This document shows, piece by piece, positions 10,363 to 21,013 of a stretch of DNA of 64,000 nucleotides (the first letter of the stretch is position 1; each line of letters opens with the position of its first letter). This DNA is from an uncultured Arcobacteraceae bacterium (GTDB lineage: Bacteria > Campylobacterota > Campylobacteria > Campylobacterales > Arcobacteraceae): assembly GCA_964022095.1 (NCBI GenBank), contig CAXHZO010000011.1, positions 1 through 64,000 on the forward strand, written 5' to 3'. The translations under genes and the position numbers were made by a program. A model generated the notes under the pieces. That model was not told the DNA's origin and did no database searches. It saw only the letters and a list, made by a program, of their open reading frames with translations.

Positions 10363-11989
10363 GTGTGATTTACTAATTGATTCAAAAGATATAAGATCAA
10401 CTATATCAAAACTTAAAAACGAAGAAAATTTTACGATTTTATTAGATGTAACTGCAATTGACTATATTAAATACCCTGATGTTACTCCATCAAGATTTGC
10501 AGTAGTTTACATTTTAAGAGACTCTTCTTTTAAAAATCAAAAAACAGTTAAAGCATTTGTTGATGATAATACTTTAAGTGTAGATTCTATTCATGATTTA
10601 TTTGAATCAGCCGATTGGGCTGAGAGAGAAACATTTGATCAGTATGGTGTAAAATTCATTGGTCATCCAAATTTAAAAAGAGTACTAAATCATCATCAAT
10701 TTATTGGTCATCCTTTAAGAAAAGATTATCCAGTAACTAAAGGTCAAATATGTACTGAAACTGAAGATTTAATGGATGAAATGCTTCCAAAACTAAAATC
10801 AAAAGGTTATAGTCAAGAAGAAATTAATGACTTAATGCTTTTAAATATTGGACCATCTCACCCAGCTTCACATGGTACTATTAGAAACTTTGTTGCTATG
10901 GAAGGTGAAACAATCACTACGTGTGTTACTGAAATTGGGTATTTACATAGAGGTTTTGAAAAATCTTGTGAAACTCACACTTACTCGCAAATTATTCCCT
11001 ATACTGATAGATTAAATTATTGTAGTGCTATTTTAAATAACATTGGCTATTCAAAAGCTGTTGAAGAGATGTTAAATATTGATATTACTCCTAGAGCTAA
11101 AATGATTAGAATAGTAATTGGAGAATTAAGTAGAATTATTGATCACCTTGTTTGTAATGCAGCAAATATGGTTGATTTAGGTGGACTTACAAACTTTTGG
11201 TACCTTTTTGCACCAAGAGATAAAGCCTATGATTTACTTTCAAAACTAACAGGAGCTAGATTAACTAATACTTATACAAGAATTGGTGGTTTGGAGTTTG
11301 ATTTATATGATGGTTTTGATGAAGATATAGAGCAAATTTTAAAAGATGTAGAAACAGCATGTGATGATGCCTTATCATTAATAGCGCATAATAAGATATT
11401 CCATGATAGAACGCAAGATGTTGGAGTAATCAAACCAGATTTTGCACTTGCAAATGGTATTTCAGGACCAAATTTAAGAGCAGCTGGTGTTGCACATGAT
11501 TTGAGAAAAGATAAACCTTATTATGGTTATGAAAACTTTGATTTTGATGTAGTTATAGGAAGTCATGGAGATGTTTATGACAGAATGATGTGTAGATTTG
11601 AAGAGATGAGACAATCTATAAGAATCATTAGAACTGCAATGAAAGAGCTTCCAGATGGCCCTTTAAATGTTGATCATCAAGGTATTTACTTGCCAGATAA
11701 AAAAGATGTATACGGAAATATCGAAGGTTTAATGAACCAATTTAAGCTTACTTTTGAAGGTATTAAAGTACCAAAAGGTGAATATTACAGCTCTACTGAA
11801 GCAGGAAATGGGGAACTTGGGTTTTTCATAGTTAGCGATGGTGAGGGCAAACCATACAAAGTAAAATGTAGACCACCATGTTTTTATTCACTTGCAGCAT
11901 ATTCAAAAATTGTTGAAGGTGGAATGTTAGCAGATGCAGTTGTAACAATGGCTAGTATGAATTTTATTGCAGGGGAGTTTGATAGATAA
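10355..11989 (+). CDS. nuoCD: Complex I fused subunit C/D
   Basis: [11 protein letters not shown] and GHPLRKDYP (C part); [20 protein letters not shown] and GEFDR (D part). Confidence 0.94.
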   Translation: MLKCDLLIDSKDIRSTISKLKNEENFTILLDVTAIDYIKYPDVTPSRFAVVYILRDSSFKNQKTVKAFVDDNTLSVDSIHDLFESADWAERETFDQYGVKFIGHPNLKRVLNHHQFIGHPLRKDYPVTKGQICTETEDLMDEMLPKLKSKGYSQEEINDLMLLNIGPSHPASHGTIRNFVAMEGETITTCVTEIGYLHRGFEKSCETHTYSQIIPYTDRLNYCSAILNNIGYSKAVEEMLNIDITPRAKMIRIVIGELSRIIDHLVCNAANMVDLGGLTNFWYLFAPRDKAYDLLSKLTGARLTNTYTRIGGLEFDLYDGFDEDIEQILKDVETACDDALSLIAHNKIFHDRTQDVGVIKPDFALANGISGPNLRAAGVAHDLRKDKPYYGYENFDFDVVIGSHGDVYDRMMCRFEEMRQSIRIIRTAMKELPDGPLNVDHQGIYLPDKKDVYGNIEGLMNQFKLTFEGIKVPKGEYYSSTEAGNGELGFFIVSDGEGKPYKVKCRPPCFYSLAAYSKIVEGGMLADAVVTMASMNFIAGEFDR

Positions 11990-12474
11990 TGAGTGAATTT
12001 AAATATACACAAGAAAATGAAACTAAGTTTCAAGAATATGTATCAAGATATCCAAAAATTGACTCATGTATGCTTCCTTCACTTTGGTTAGCACAAGAGC
12101 AAGAAGGTTGGGTAAGTCCAGAAGCTATGACTTATATAGCCAATAGATTAGGGAAAACACCTGTAGAAGTATATCAAGTGGCAACATTTTATACTATGTT
12201 TAATCTAGAACCAATTGGAAAGTATCATATTGAACTTTGTAAAACATTATCTTGTATGCTTTGTGGTAGTCAAGATTTAAAAAAATACATAAAAGATGAA
12301 ATAGGAATAGAACCTGGACAAACAAGTGAAGATGGAATGTTCCACTTAACTGAAGTTGAGTGTTTAGGTGCATGTGGTGGAGCTCCTATGTTTGCATTAA
12401 ATGGTAAATATCACGAAAAATTAACAAAAGAGAAAGTTGATGAATTAATTAAGGAGTGTAAAAATGATAACTAA
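11989..12474 (+). CDS. nuoE: Complex I subunit E (2Fe-2S N1a)
   Basis: VATFYTMF, CKTLSC, CLGACGGAP. Confidence 0.93.
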   Translation: MSEFKYTQENETKFQEYVSRYPKIDSCMLPSLWLAQEQEGWVSPEAMTYIANRLGKTPVEVYQVATFYTMFNLEPIGKYHIELCKTLSCMLCGSQDLKKYIKDEIGIEPGQTSEDGMFHLTEVECLGACGGAPMFALNGKYHEKLTKEKVDELIKECKNDN

Positions 12475-13717
12475 AATTGTAAGTAAAAATTTTGACATTC
12501 CAAATAATCATAAACTAGAAGTTGCTCAAGCAAATGGTAGATACTCTTCTATTGAAAAACTTTTTTCTATGACTCCTGATGATGTTACAAATGAAGTAGT
12601 TGCATCTGGTCTTAGAGGAAAAGGTGGTGGTGGAGCTGCTTGTGGTCCAAAATGGCAACTAATGCCTCCAGTTGATGAAAGACCAAGATATCTAATAGTA
12701 AATGGGGATGAAAGTGAACCAGGAACTTTTAAAGATAGACAAATATTTCAATATGATCCACATCTTTTAATTGAAGGTATTATATGTTCATGTTATGCAA
12801 TCAGTGCAAGTCATGCATATATTTATATTAGAGGTGAATATAAATTCTTCTCTGATAGAGTTCAAGAAGCTATAAATGAAGCTTATGAAGCTGGAATTAT
12901 TGGAGAAAAAGTTATGGGTCATAACTTTAAACTTGATATTACAGTTCATAGAGGAGCAGGTGCATATATATGTGGAGAGAAATCAGCTTTAATTGAATCA
13001 CTTGAAGGTAAAAGAGGTCATCCAAGACTTAAGCCACATGGCAAAGAGTGTGAATGGTACTTTGACAATCCTGCCACTGTCAACAATGTAGAAACTATTG
13101 CTTCTGTTCCAAACATTGTTGAAAATGGTGCGCAGGGTTATACAAAATACGGAACAGAAAAATCCCCTGGTACTATGCTATTTGCAATTTCAGGGCCTGT
13201 GAAAAATCCAGGTGTTTATGAAATGGCTTATGGTAACAAAATGATTGATTTTCTTAATAATCTCGGTGGTGGGATGATTGAAGGGAAAAAATTAAAAGCC
13301 ATTATCCCAGGTGGATCATCATGTCCTATACTAACAGCACAGGAAGTACAAAATGCTGTTTTAGATTATGAATCGATGTGGGATATTGGTTCAACTTTAG
13401 GTACAGGAGGAATGATTGTAATTGATGAAGATACATCAATGGTTGATGTAGCTAAAAATCTTATAGAATTTTACCACCATGAGTCGTGTGGTCAATGTAC
13501 ACCTTGTAGAGAGGGATGTGGATGGATTGATACGATTATTGAAAAAATTCTAAAGGGCGAAGGTTCAAGTGAAGATTTAAAAACAATACTAGATGTTACA
13601 AATACAATGAATGGAAAAACTATTTGTGTATTTGCACCAGCAGTAAAAGATATTATTGAGAGTATTATCAAAAAATTTCCACATGAGTTCGAAGCTTATT
13701 TTGAAAACAAAAACTAA
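12464..13717 (+). CDS. nuoF: Complex I subunit F (FMN, N3) with a divergent nucleotide-binding site
   Basis: NGDESEPGTFKDR, GAGAYICGE, NNVET, HESCGQCTPCREG. Confidence 0.93.
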   Translation: MITKIVSKNFDIPNNHKLEVAQANGRYSSIEKLFSMTPDDVTNEVVASGLRGKGGGGAACGPKWQLMPPVDERPRYLIVNGDESEPGTFKDRQIFQYDPHLLIEGIICSCYAISASHAYIYIRGEYKFFSDRVQEAINEAYEAGIIGEKVMGHNFKLDITVHRGAGAYICGEKSALIESLEGKRGHPRLKPHGKECEWYFDNPATVNNVETIASVPNIVENGAQGYTKYGTEKSPGTMLFAISGPVKNPGVYEMAYGNKMIDFLNNLGGGMIEGKKLKAIIPGGSSCPILTAQEVQNAVLDYESMWDIGSTLGTGGMIVIDEDTSMVDVAKNLIEFYHHESCGQCTPCREGCGWIDTIIEKILKGEGSSEDLKTILDVTNTMNGKTICVFAPAVKDIIESIIKKFPHEFEAYFENKN

Positions 13718-13745
13718 AAATTAAATTTTATACAGGAGAAAATAT

Positions 13746-15032
13746 ATGGCAAAAAATACTATGACGTTGACAGATAATAGAAATGGTAACGCTTATGAAT
13801 ATAATATTATTGATGGAACTAGAGGTCCAAGTGTAGTTGACATTTCAACTTTTTACAAAGATTCAGGAATGTTTACGTATGACCCAGGTTATACTTCAAC
13901 TGCATCTTGTGAGTCAAAAATTACATTTATTGACGGTGAAAATAGTGAGTTAAGATATAGAGGTTATGATATTGCTGAACTTGCGGGTAAATATTCTTTC
14001 TTAGATGTTTCTTACCTTTTAATGAGAGGTAAATTACCAACTGAAGAAGCTTCAAAAAACTTTGACTTAGAAATTAGACATAGATCTTTCTTAAATGAAG
14101 GTATTATCAGATTATTTGATGCCCTACCAGATGGTGCACATCCAATGGCAACTATGGGTGCAGCAACTATGGCTTTATCAGCATTTTATAAAGACCACTT
14201 AAACTTAGAAAATGAAGAAGAGTTTAAAGTTATGAGAAGAAGAATCTTAGCTAAAATGCCTACAATTGCAGCAATGGCTTATAGAAACTCTATAGGAACT
14301 CCTTTAATTTACCCAGATGTAAATAAATACTTTACTGAAAACTTCTTATATATGTTAAGAGCTTATCCAAATGGAAGCATGAAGTATTTAGGTAATGGTG
14401 TTAATGATGATATCAAACAAGTTGAAGTTGATGCATTAGACGCTATTCTTTCATTACATGCAGATCACGAACAAAATGCTTCTACAACAACAGTAAGAAA
14501 TGTTGGTTCAACTGAAGCTCACCCTTATGTATCAATTGCATCTGGTATTTCTGCATTATGGGGATCTGCTCATGGTGGTGCAAATGAAAAAGTTATGGAT
14601 CAATTAACATTAATTGGTGATGTTAAAAATGTACCTACATACATCGCAAAAGCAAAAGATAGAAATGACCCATTTAGATTAATGGGATTCGGTCACAGAG
14701 TTTATAAAAACAGAGATCCAAGAGCTGAAACTTTAAAAGGTTTACAAGATAAATTAAGAGAAGAGTTAAACTTAGACTCTAAATTATTAGATGTTGCTGC
14801 TGCTGTTGAAGAAGCTGCGTTAAATGATGATTACTTTAAAGAAAGAGGTTTATATCCAAATATCGACTTCTATTCAGGAGTAATTTTAACTGCACTTAAA
14901 ATCCCAACTGCAATGTTTACACCATTATTTGTAATTGGTAGAACACCAGGTTGGTTAGCACAATGGTCAGAGTTAAAACAAGATCCTAAGCATAAAATTG
15001 CTAGACCAAGACAATTATATACTGGAAACTAA
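13746..15032 (+). CDS. gltA: Citrate synthase (type II-like)
   Basis: YDPGYTSTASCES, HADHEQNAST, HGGANE, GFGHRVYK, YPNIDFYSG. Confidence 0.97.
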   Translation: MAKNTMTLTDNRNGNAYEYNIIDGTRGPSVVDISTFYKDSGMFTYDPGYTSTASCESKITFIDGENSELRYRGYDIAELAGKYSFLDVSYLLMRGKLPTEEASKNFDLEIRHRSFLNEGIIRLFDALPDGAHPMATMGAATMALSAFYKDHLNLENEEEFKVMRRRILAKMPTIAAMAYRNSIGTPLIYPDVNKYFTENFLYMLRAYPNGSMKYLGNGVNDDIKQVEVDALDAILSLHADHEQNASTTTVRNVGSTEAHPYVSIASGISALWGSAHGGANEKVMDQLTLIGDVKNVPTYIAKAKDRNDPFRLMGFGHRVYKNRDPRAETLKGLQDKLREELNLDSKLLDVAAAVEEAALNDDYFKERGLYPNIDFYSGVILTALKIPTAMFTPLFVIGRTPGWLAQWSELKQDPKHKIARPRQLYTGN

Positions 15033-15064
15033 TAAAAATAAAAGCCATTAAAAGGGGTTAAAAA

Positions 15065-16501
15065 ATGAGTGAAATGATTGAATTCACAGTCAATGGAATG
15101 AAAATGGAAGCTACTAAAGGTAGTTTACTTATAGATAAATTACTGGATGAAAATATCCATATTCCTCATTTTTGTTATCATCAAGCATTGGGAAAAGATG
15201 GAAACTGTCGTATGTGTATGGTTGAAATTGAAGGTCAAAAAAGACCTCAAATTGCTTGTGATACTCCTGTAAAAGATGGGATGATTGTAAGAACAAAAGG
15301 TGAAAATATTGAAAAAGTTAGAAAAGATATTTTAGAGCTTGAACTTATAAATCATCCTATAGATTGTCCTACTTGTGATCAAGCAGGAGAATGTAAGTTA
15401 CAAGATTACTACATGGAATCTGGGTTTTATGAATCTAGAGTAAATGTAGATGATAAAGTTACTCATAGAAAAAGAGTTGATATTGGATCTAATGTTATGT
15501 TAGACCAAGAAAGATGTGTACTTTGTACTAGATGTGTAAGATTTTGTAATGATATTACAAAAACATCAGAACTAGGTGTAATAACTAGAAGTGACCACTC
15601 ATATATTGGAATTTTTCCAGGGAAACCACTAGCAAACCCATATGCCATGAATGTTGTTGATATTTGTCCAGTTGGAGCATTAACATCAAAAGATTTCAGA
15701 TTCAAACAAAGAGTTTGGTTCTTAGAAACTTTTAACGCAATATGTAATGGATGTTCAAAGGGTTGTAATATATATGTTGACCACAGAAAAGAAAAATACA
15801 AAGATGATCAAATTCATAGATTCAGACCAAGAGTTAATAAAGAAGTTAATGGTTGGTTTATGTGTGATGAGGGAAGACTTTCATATCACAATGAAAATGA
15901 AAATAGATTTGAAACTCCAATTTTAGAAAATAGTGAAACAAATATTAGTAATGCTATTTCTAACGTATTTAAACAGTTAAGCACTAATGAAAAAATACTA
16001 TTTGTATTAAGTCCAAATCTTTCTTATGAAGAGATGTCAAATGTTAAAAACTTGGCATCTAAATTAAATGCAAATGTATCAGGATATTCACCAAATACCT
16101 ATGATGAAAACTTTGGTGATGATTATTTAAGAAAAGCAGATAGAACTGCTAATAGAGCATCATTTAAAGAATTAGATATAGATGAATCAAAAGATTCTTT
16201 TGATAAAGCTCTAGAAGAAGCACAATTAGTTATTATTTTAGAAAACTCTGTATTTGAAGAAAATAAAAACTTATTACAGAACAAAAAAGTAATCTCTATG
16301 TTTGCACATAATTGTATGACTATATCTTACTCCAATATTGCAATTCCAGTTGCTTCATTTTATGAAAAATCTGGAACATACATCAATGGTGATGGAATTA
16401 AACAAAAAATGATTTCAGGAATGAATAAAAATAATCCAATGGAAACAGTAACAACAATTATAGAGAATATCCAAACTATGATTGAAAAAGGAGCTCTATG
16501 A
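15065..16501 (+). CDS. nuoG: Complex I subunit G (short form, 478 aa)
   Basis: IPHFCYH..GNCRMC, HPIDCPTCDQAGEC, RCVLCTRC, CPVGAL, CNGCSKGC. Confidence 0.9.
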   Translation: MSEMIEFTVNGMKMEATKGSLLIDKLLDENIHIPHFCYHQALGKDGNCRMCMVEIEGQKRPQIACDTPVKDGMIVRTKGENIEKVRKDILELELINHPIDCPTCDQAGECKLQDYYMESGFYESRVNVDDKVTHRKRVDIGSNVMLDQERCVLCTRCVRFCNDITKTSELGVITRSDHSYIGIFPGKPLANPYAMNVVDICPVGALTSKDFRFKQRVWFLETFNAICNGCSKGCNIYVDHRKEKYKDDQIHRFRPRVNKEVNGWFMCDEGRLSYHNENENRFETPILENSETNISNAISNVFKQLSTNEKILFVLSPNLSYEEMSNVKNLASKLNANVSGYSPNTYDENFGDDYLRKADRTANRASFKELDIDESKDSFDKALEEAQLVIILENSVFEENKNLLQNKKVISMFAHNCMTISYSNIAIPVASFYEKSGTYINGDGIKQKMISGMNKNNPMETVTTIIENIQTMIEKGAL

Positions 16502-17781
16502 GTACTTCAACATTAGTAATTGTAATTATAAATATCTCTATTGCATCATTACTTGCAGTTGGTTTAACACCACTTTTTGTATGGTGGGAAAGAAGAGTAT
16601 CAGGATTTATGCAAGATAGAACTGGTCCTAATAGATGTAATATTGGGCCATTTAGACTTGGTGGACTGATCCAAAGTTTTGCAGATATGCTAAAACTTAT
16701 ATTTAAAGAGGATTTTGTTCCTGCTCATATTAAATACAGATTTTTCTTCTCTATAGCTCCTGTAATTGTATTTGTGTGTTCTTTTTTATCTTTTGCAACT
16801 ATACCTTTTGCAGATGTATTAGTAATAGATGGTAAAGAGCATATCATGCAAGCAATTCCAAGTCAATTAGGAATTATGTGGTTTTTAGCATTTGCGGGAC
16901 TTTCTGTTTATGGAATAATACTAGGTGGTTATGCATCAGCTAATAAATATGGACTTTTAGGTTCAATAAGAGCAAGTGCTCAAGTTATTTCATATGAAGC
17001 TGCAATGGGGCTATCAATTATTTCAGTGTTAATTTCATATGGCTCTATTCACTTAACAGATATGGTAAATGCACAAACAGGAACTTATCTTGGAGTAATT
17101 CCTATGTGGGGGATATTTATTCAACCACTTGCCGCAATTATATTTATAATATGTGCATTTGCAGAAACAAATAGAGCGCCATTTGACATAGCAGAAGGTG
17201 AATCTGAAATTGTTGCAGGTTATCATACTGAATACTCAGCAATGAAGTTTGGTCTTTTCCAAGTTGGTGAATATGCTGCAATGAGTGCTTCAAGTGCAAT
17301 AATTGTAACACTATTTTTTGGTGGATATCAAATTCCTTGGCTAGATACACAAGCTATTCAAAGTAATATTAATTATGTGATAATTGCTATTATGATCTTA
17401 CTTCCTTTAAAAGTATTTTTCTTTACAAAATGGATGAAAAAGAATAATGTTACAAAAGGATTAGGAGATGGTAGTAGGGAAAAAGAGACTAAAATCCTAA
17501 CTTTTATATTTTGGGGCCTAGCAATTGGAATTGTTGCATTATTAGCAATATTCTTAGCAACTGGTCTTGGAACAAATGGTGTAAATATAGCAACAGCAAT
17601 TATTCAAGTAGGAACATTTTTAGTTAAATTCTTTTTAATAGCATTTGTTTACATTTGGGTAAGATGGACTGTTCTTAGAGTTAGATACGATCAATTACAA
17701 ATGTTTGGTTGGAAAGTGTTAATACCATTAGCACTTTTAAATATAGCGATAACTGCAATAGTTGTAGTATTAGGGAGCTAA
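16498..17781 (+). CDS. nuoH: Complex I subunit H
   Basis: ERRVSGFMQDRTGPN, AETNRAPFDIAEGESE, RYDQL. Confidence 0.95.
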   Translation: MSTSTLVIVIINISIASLLAVGLTPLFVWWERRVSGFMQDRTGPNRCNIGPFRLGGLIQSFADMLKLIFKEDFVPAHIKYRFFFSIAPVIVFVCSFLSFATIPFADVLVIDGKEHIMQAIPSQLGIMWFLAFAGLSVYGIILGGYASANKYGLLGSIRASAQVISYEAAMGLSIISVLISYGSIHLTDMVNAQTGTYLGVIPMWGIFIQPLAAIIFIICAFAETNRAPFDIAEGESEIVAGYHTEYSAMKFGLFQVGEYAAMSASSAIIVTLFFGGYQIPWLDTQAIQSNINYVIIAIMILLPLKVFFFTKWMKKNNVTKGLGDGSREKETKILTFIFWGLAIGIVALLAIFLATGLGTNGVNIATAIIQVGTFLVKFFLIAFVYIWVRWTVLRVRYDQLQMFGWKVLIPLALLNIAITAIVVVLGS

Positions 17782-17782
17782 G

Positions 17783-18289
17783 ATGGGAATAAAAGTAGTA
17801 AAAAGACACGGTGATTCTTTTAGAGATAAATTATACCTTCCTGCAATTGCAAGTGGTATGACAACAACTATAAAACACTTTGTAAAAAACCTTAGAGATG
17901 TAAATAATCTAAAAACCATGCAATATCCAGAAGTGCAACCTGATGATTTAAATGAAAGATACAGAGGCGTGCATAGACTTACTAAGTGGGAAGATGAAAG
18001 TGAAAAATGTGTTGCATGTTATATGTGTGCAACAGCTTGTCCTGCTGAGTGTATATTTATTGATGCTGAAGAAAGATTTGATGATAAAGCTGAAAAAAGA
18101 CCAAAAGAGTTTAAAATCGATTTATTAGAGTGTGTGTTTTGTGGATATTGTGTTGAAGCATGTCCATGTGATGCCATTAGAATGGATACAGGGATTTTTT
18201 CATTTACAGGTGATAAAAGAGAAGATTTTGTTCTTGATAAAAAAGCATTAATGGCAAATGAAAGATCAAAGGATTTAAATAATGATTGA
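17783..18289 (+). CDS. nuoI: Complex I subunit I
   Basis: Two CxxCxxCxxxCP ferredoxin motifs; operon position. Confidence 0.94.
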   Translation: MGIKVVKRHGDSFRDKLYLPAIASGMTTTIKHFVKNLRDVNNLKTMQYPEVQPDDLNERYRGVHRLTKWEDESEKCVACYMCATACPAECIFIDAEERFDDKAEKRPKEFKIDLLECVFCGYCVEACPCDAIRMDTGIFSFTGDKREDFVLDKKALMANERSKDLNND

Positions 18290-18815
18290 TTTAATTTTTA
18301 TAGCTTTATCATTTTTAGCAATTAGTGGTGCAATTGCAATGATAGTATATGCAAATCCAATGTATAGTGCACTAGGAGTTTTAATATCAATGCTAAGTGT
18401 TGCAGGGATGTTTGCACTTTTAAATGCCATATTCTTATTTTTAGTTCAAATTATTGTTTATGCAGGTGCAATTATGACATTAATTTTATTTATATTAATG
18501 TTCTTAAATATTAGAGAAGAAGATTTACCAAAAGAGCCAAAAAAATTTAAGCTAATTGCACTTGGTGCGGTGATTATGATTCCTTTAAATATTTTAATTT
18601 TGAAAGCTGTTTCAAAACTGCCTGAAAAAGATATGAGTATAGTTGAAGGAGGTTTTGGAGATATAAAACCTATTGGAGATCAGTTATATAATGACTGGAT
18701 AATTGCATTTGAGTTAATCTCAATTTTACTTTTAGTAGCACTTATTGGTTCAGTTGTTTTAGCTAAAAAAAGAACTTCAAAAATTAATTCTAAAAATGCA
18801 GGAGGACAATCATGA
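18282..18815 (+). CDS. nuoJ: Complex I subunit J
   Basis: QIIVYAGAI, FELISILLLVALIG. Confidence 0.93.
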   Translation: MIDLIFIALSFLAISGAIAMIVYANPMYSALGVLISMLSVAGMFALLNAIFLFLVQIIVYAGAIMTLILFILMFLNIREEDLPKEPKKFKLIALGAVIMIPLNILILKAVSKLPEKDMSIVEGGFGDIKPIGDQLYNDWIIAFELISILLLVALIGSVVLAKKRTSKINSKNAGGQS

Positions 18816-19126
18816 TTTCACTTGAGTCTTATGCATTTGTTTCTATGATGCTTTTTTCTATTGGAGCTATTGGTGTAATTGCAAGAAGAAATGTCTTTGT
18901 AATTTATATGTCTATTGAAATGATGTTAAATGGAGTGAACCTATTTTTAGTAACTTTTGCTAGATATCATTTTAATATGGATCCTCAAGTAATTACAGTT
19001 ATGGTAATTGCAATTGCTGCTGCTGAAGCTGCTATTTTTTTATCAGTAATAATTCTTTTATATAGAAGTAGAAAATCACTAGATACAGATATCTTTACAA
19101 CTTTAACACAAGGAGAAAAATCATGA
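18812..19126 (+). CDS. nuoK: Complex I subunit K
   Basis: RRN..MSIEMMLN, AAAEAA. Confidence 0.94.
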   Translation: MISLESYAFVSMMLFSIGAIGVIARRNVFVIYMSIEMMLNGVNLFLVTFARYHFNMDPQVITVMVIAIAAAEAAIFLSVIILLYRSRKSLDTDIFTTLTQGEKS

Positions 19127-21012
19127 TAGATACTTCTTTGTTAGTTTGGATCATATTAGCACCACTTATGGGTGCAATTTTAAATGCTGCTTTTTACTTT
19201 TATCATATTAAAAGAAAACCTGTTAGTGAATTAACTTTTGCACTTATTGGATGTATTACTCCACTTATTGCATTTTTATTTACATTGGCAGTTTTTCTAA
19301 ATATAAATGAAACAGGTAGTACTTATACTCAGCACCTATTTACTTGGCTTAGTGTTGATAAGCTTGATATTGGAATGACTTTACTTGGAGATAACCTATC
19401 AATATTTATGTCTATGTTTGTAACATTTGTTGGTTGGTTAATTCATATTTATGCAATTGGATATATGAGAGGAGATGCAGGATTTGGTAAATTTTTTGCA
19501 TATTTCAATCTGTTCTTAGCATCAATGTTAATTTTAGTACTTGCAGATAATCCAATTATTTTATTTATTGGATGGGAAGGTGTTGGAGTTTGTTCATACC
19601 TTTTAATTAAATTCTATTATGGGAATAAAGATAATGTATTAGCTGCAAATAAAGCATTTATTGTTAATAGAGTTGGAGATTTTGGCTTCTTACTTGGTGT
19701 TGTTGTACTTTTCTTTGCATTAGGAGAAGTTAACTTATCATTTGGGAATATTGAAGCAAATATAGGAAATGCATCTAATTCACTTTTACTAGTAGCTGGA
19801 TTTTTACTATTTGTAGGAGCTATGGGTAAATCAGCTCAAATACCTTTATATGTGTGGCTTCCAGATGCAATGGCAGGACCTACTCCAATTTCAGCTTTAA
19901 TTCATGCTGCAACTATGGTTACAGCAGGTATTTATATGGTTGCAAGATTTCACTTTTTATATAGTGGAATTGAAGAAATCGGATTATTTATAGCTTATAT
20001 TGGTGCATTTTCAGCCCTATTTGCAGCTATTATTGCCACAAGACAAACTGACATTAAAAAAATACTTGCTTACTCTACAATGAGTCAGTTAGGATATATG
20101 TTCCTTGCTGTCGGGCTTGGTTTTTATTCAACTGGACTATTCCATGTATTTACACATGCATTTTTCAAGGCAATGTTATTTATGGGTGCAGGTGGAATTA
20201 TAATTGCCTTACATCATGAGCAAAATATATTTAAAATAGCTCAACACAGAGCAAATCTTCCTATTATAGGAACTACATTTTTAATAGGGGTTATTGCAAT
20301 ATCAGGTATTCCTCCATTTTCTGGCTTCTTTTCAAAAGATGCAATTTTAGCAGCAGCTTTCCAAGAAGGTGAATATTTATTGTATGCAATAGCATTATTT
20401 ACAGCATTTTTAACAGCATTTTATATGTTTAGAATGTATTTTATTGTTTTTGTTGCACCAACTAAGAGTAATAGCTCATATGTTTATACTTCAAAAACGA
20501 TTACAATTCCTCTTTTATTACTAGCGATTGGTGCAGTATTTGCAGGTTTTTTAAATCTTCCAGCAATATTTGGAGGAGATCATTTAGTTGATACATGGTT
20601 AGGTCAACTTAATTCTAAACATATCCATATGGATCATACAACTGAGTTTGTATTAATGGCACTATCAGTTATTGTTGCTGCTACTGGAATTATGGCTGCA
20701 TATTCTAAGTATGCAAAATTTGATGTTAGCAAGCCTGAAGAAGAGATTGGCTTTATTGGTAAAAAATTCTACGTGGATGAAATTTATGATTCACTGTTTG
20801 TACAACCATTAAAAGCTATATCAACATTTATAGACAAAATAGTAGATGATAAAATCATTGATGCATTTATTATGAACTCATCAGCTATGTTTATCAATAT
20901 AGGTAAAAAAGTTTCAATGATTCAAAATGCAAATGTAAGATTTTATGCAGGAACAATGCTTGTTGGTATGACTTGCATATTTATCTATTTATATATCAAA
21001 TTAGGATTGTAG
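19123..21012 (+). CDS. nuoL: Complex I subunit L
   Basis: FIGWEGVG, GKSAQIPLYVWLPDAMAGPTP, HAFFKA. Confidence 0.96.
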   Translation: MIDTSLLVWIILAPLMGAILNAAFYFYHIKRKPVSELTFALIGCITPLIAFLFTLAVFLNINETGSTYTQHLFTWLSVDKLDIGMTLLGDNLSIFMSMFVTFVGWLIHIYAIGYMRGDAGFGKFFAYFNLFLASMLILVLADNPIILFIGWEGVGVCSYLLIKFYYGNKDNVLAANKAFIVNRVGDFGFLLGVVVLFFALGEVNLSFGNIEANIGNASNSLLLVAGFLLFVGAMGKSAQIPLYVWLPDAMAGPTPISALIHAATMVTAGIYMVARFHFLYSGIEEIGLFIAYIGAFSALFAAIIATRQTDIKKILAYSTMSQLGYMFLAVGLGFYSTGLFHVFTHAFFKAMLFMGAGGIIIALHHEQNIFKIAQHRANLPIIGTTFLIGVIAISGIPPFSGFFSKDAILAAAFQEGEYLLYAIALFTAFLTAFYMFRMYFIVFVAPTKSNSSYVYTSKTITIPLLLLAIGAVFAGFLNLPAIFGGDHLVDTWLGQLNSKHIHMDHTTEFVLMALSVIVAATGIMAAYSKYAKFDVSKPEEEIGFIGKKFYVDEIYDSLFVQPLKAISTFIDKIVDDKIIDAFIMNSSAMFINIGKKVSMIQNANVRFYAGTMLVGMTCIFIYLYIKLGL

Positions 21013-21013
21013 T

